Virus record (IMG/VR): IMGVR_UViG_3300027907_000553 | Strand: one strand, 5' to 3' | Source of the DNA: an uncultured virus (IMG/VR IMGVR_UViG_3300027907_000553) | Lineage: Duplodnaviria; Heunggongvirae; Uroviricota; Caudoviricetes | DNA: 25,501 nt | Part shown: positions 25,055 through 25,501 of the stretch, piece by piece | How the letters are laid out: each line of letters opens with the position of its first letter | Numbering within the stretch: position 1 is the stretch's first letter | Notes under the pieces: model-generated | What the model was told of the DNA's origin: nothing | The model's database searches: none | Seen by the model: the letters and a program-made list of their open reading frames with translations, nothing else | Position numbers and translations under genes: made by a program

Positions 25055-25178
25055 CATCATACCGGTAGTCACTGGTCGCCTGAGATGGCTTTCAGGTAAC
25101 ACATACCGCCGCAGAGTTTCGTAGCACCTTGTTGCTGCGTTTCTGTCGGCGGTTTCGTGTTTCTGGAGGTCGCGCACC

Positions 25179-25427
25179 ATGGAAGACGCCCCCTACCGCT
25201 CGGAATCCTGGTCAGGGCTTATCCAATTTCGCTGTCCTGCCTGTGGCTACGATACCCTGCTGCAAGCCCGGATGGATGCCCACATCGCGCACTGTACCCG
25301 CTTGCAAGCGGCCATCGCCGCGGGAGAGCCCCCATCGCCGTTTCCGCCCCCTGAGCCAGAGCCTGACGAGGAGCCCGCCCCAGACGACGAGCCCGTCCCG
25401 GTCCAACCAGCGCCTGCGGGGGCGTAA
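25179..25427 (+). CDS. Small zinc-finger protein with Pro/acidic tail
   Basis: FRCPACGY...MDAHIAHC; SD GGAGG. Confidence 0.75.
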   Translation: MEDAPYRSESWSGLIQFRCPACGYDTLLQARMDAHIAHCTRLQAAIAAGEPPSPFPPPEPEPDEEPAPDDEPVPVQPAPAGA

Positions 25428-25430
25428 CAT

Positions 25431-25501
25431 ATGCCCACCCAAGCCAGATCAGCATTCGGCATCGCCTTGCGTCTTGGCGATGGTATTGCGGCCGTGTTGA
25501 A
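25431..25501 (+). CDS. Probable major tail tube protein, 5' fragment
   Basis: MPTQARSAFGIALRLGDG resembles siphovirus tail-tube N-termini; runs off the window. Confidence 0.55.
   Translation, partial: MPTQARSAFGIALRLGDGIAAVL

Larger units (their letters stand above)
1..25501 (+). mobile_element. Tailed phage/prophage morphogenesis module (head, head-tail joining, appendages, start of tail tube)
   Basis: Syntenic MuF-scaffold-capsid-adaptor-stopper-gp10-terminator order, co-oriented genes with overlapping stops and starts; no att site or integrase in the window. Confidence 0.95.

Overview
The whole window is the late (morphogenesis) region of a GC-rich tailed phage or prophage, almost all on the + strand. 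Core order: MuF/SPP1-gp7 head morphogenesis protein, scaffold, major capsid, decoration protein, head-tail adaptor, stopper, HK97-gp10-like protein, tail terminator, about 10 kb of fibre, beta-helix, LamG and repeat appendage genes, then the start of a probable tail-tube gene. Accessory insertions are a run of small genes, a Fet4-like iron permease, a self-contained RHH + TcmP-like methyltransferase + ParB-DUF5131 (CxxxCxxC) operon, a DNA methyltransferase, an ORF6N antirepressor-like gene and two antisense HNH endonucleases. The most interesting non-coding signals are: (i) three type I-D-like CRISPR repeat look-alikes with no cas genes in the window, one directly before the MuF start and two forming a degenerate mini-array, each followed by a 'spacer' that partly matches a site under 100 bp away; (ii) both HNH genes share an extended -10 promoter and a three-way-junction leader whose loop can pair at or near their own ribosome-binding site; (iii) repeated copies of the MuF 3' end at cassette junctions; (iv) AT-rich recoded patches in conserved structural genes. 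All family calls come from motif recognition by eye, not from database searches.
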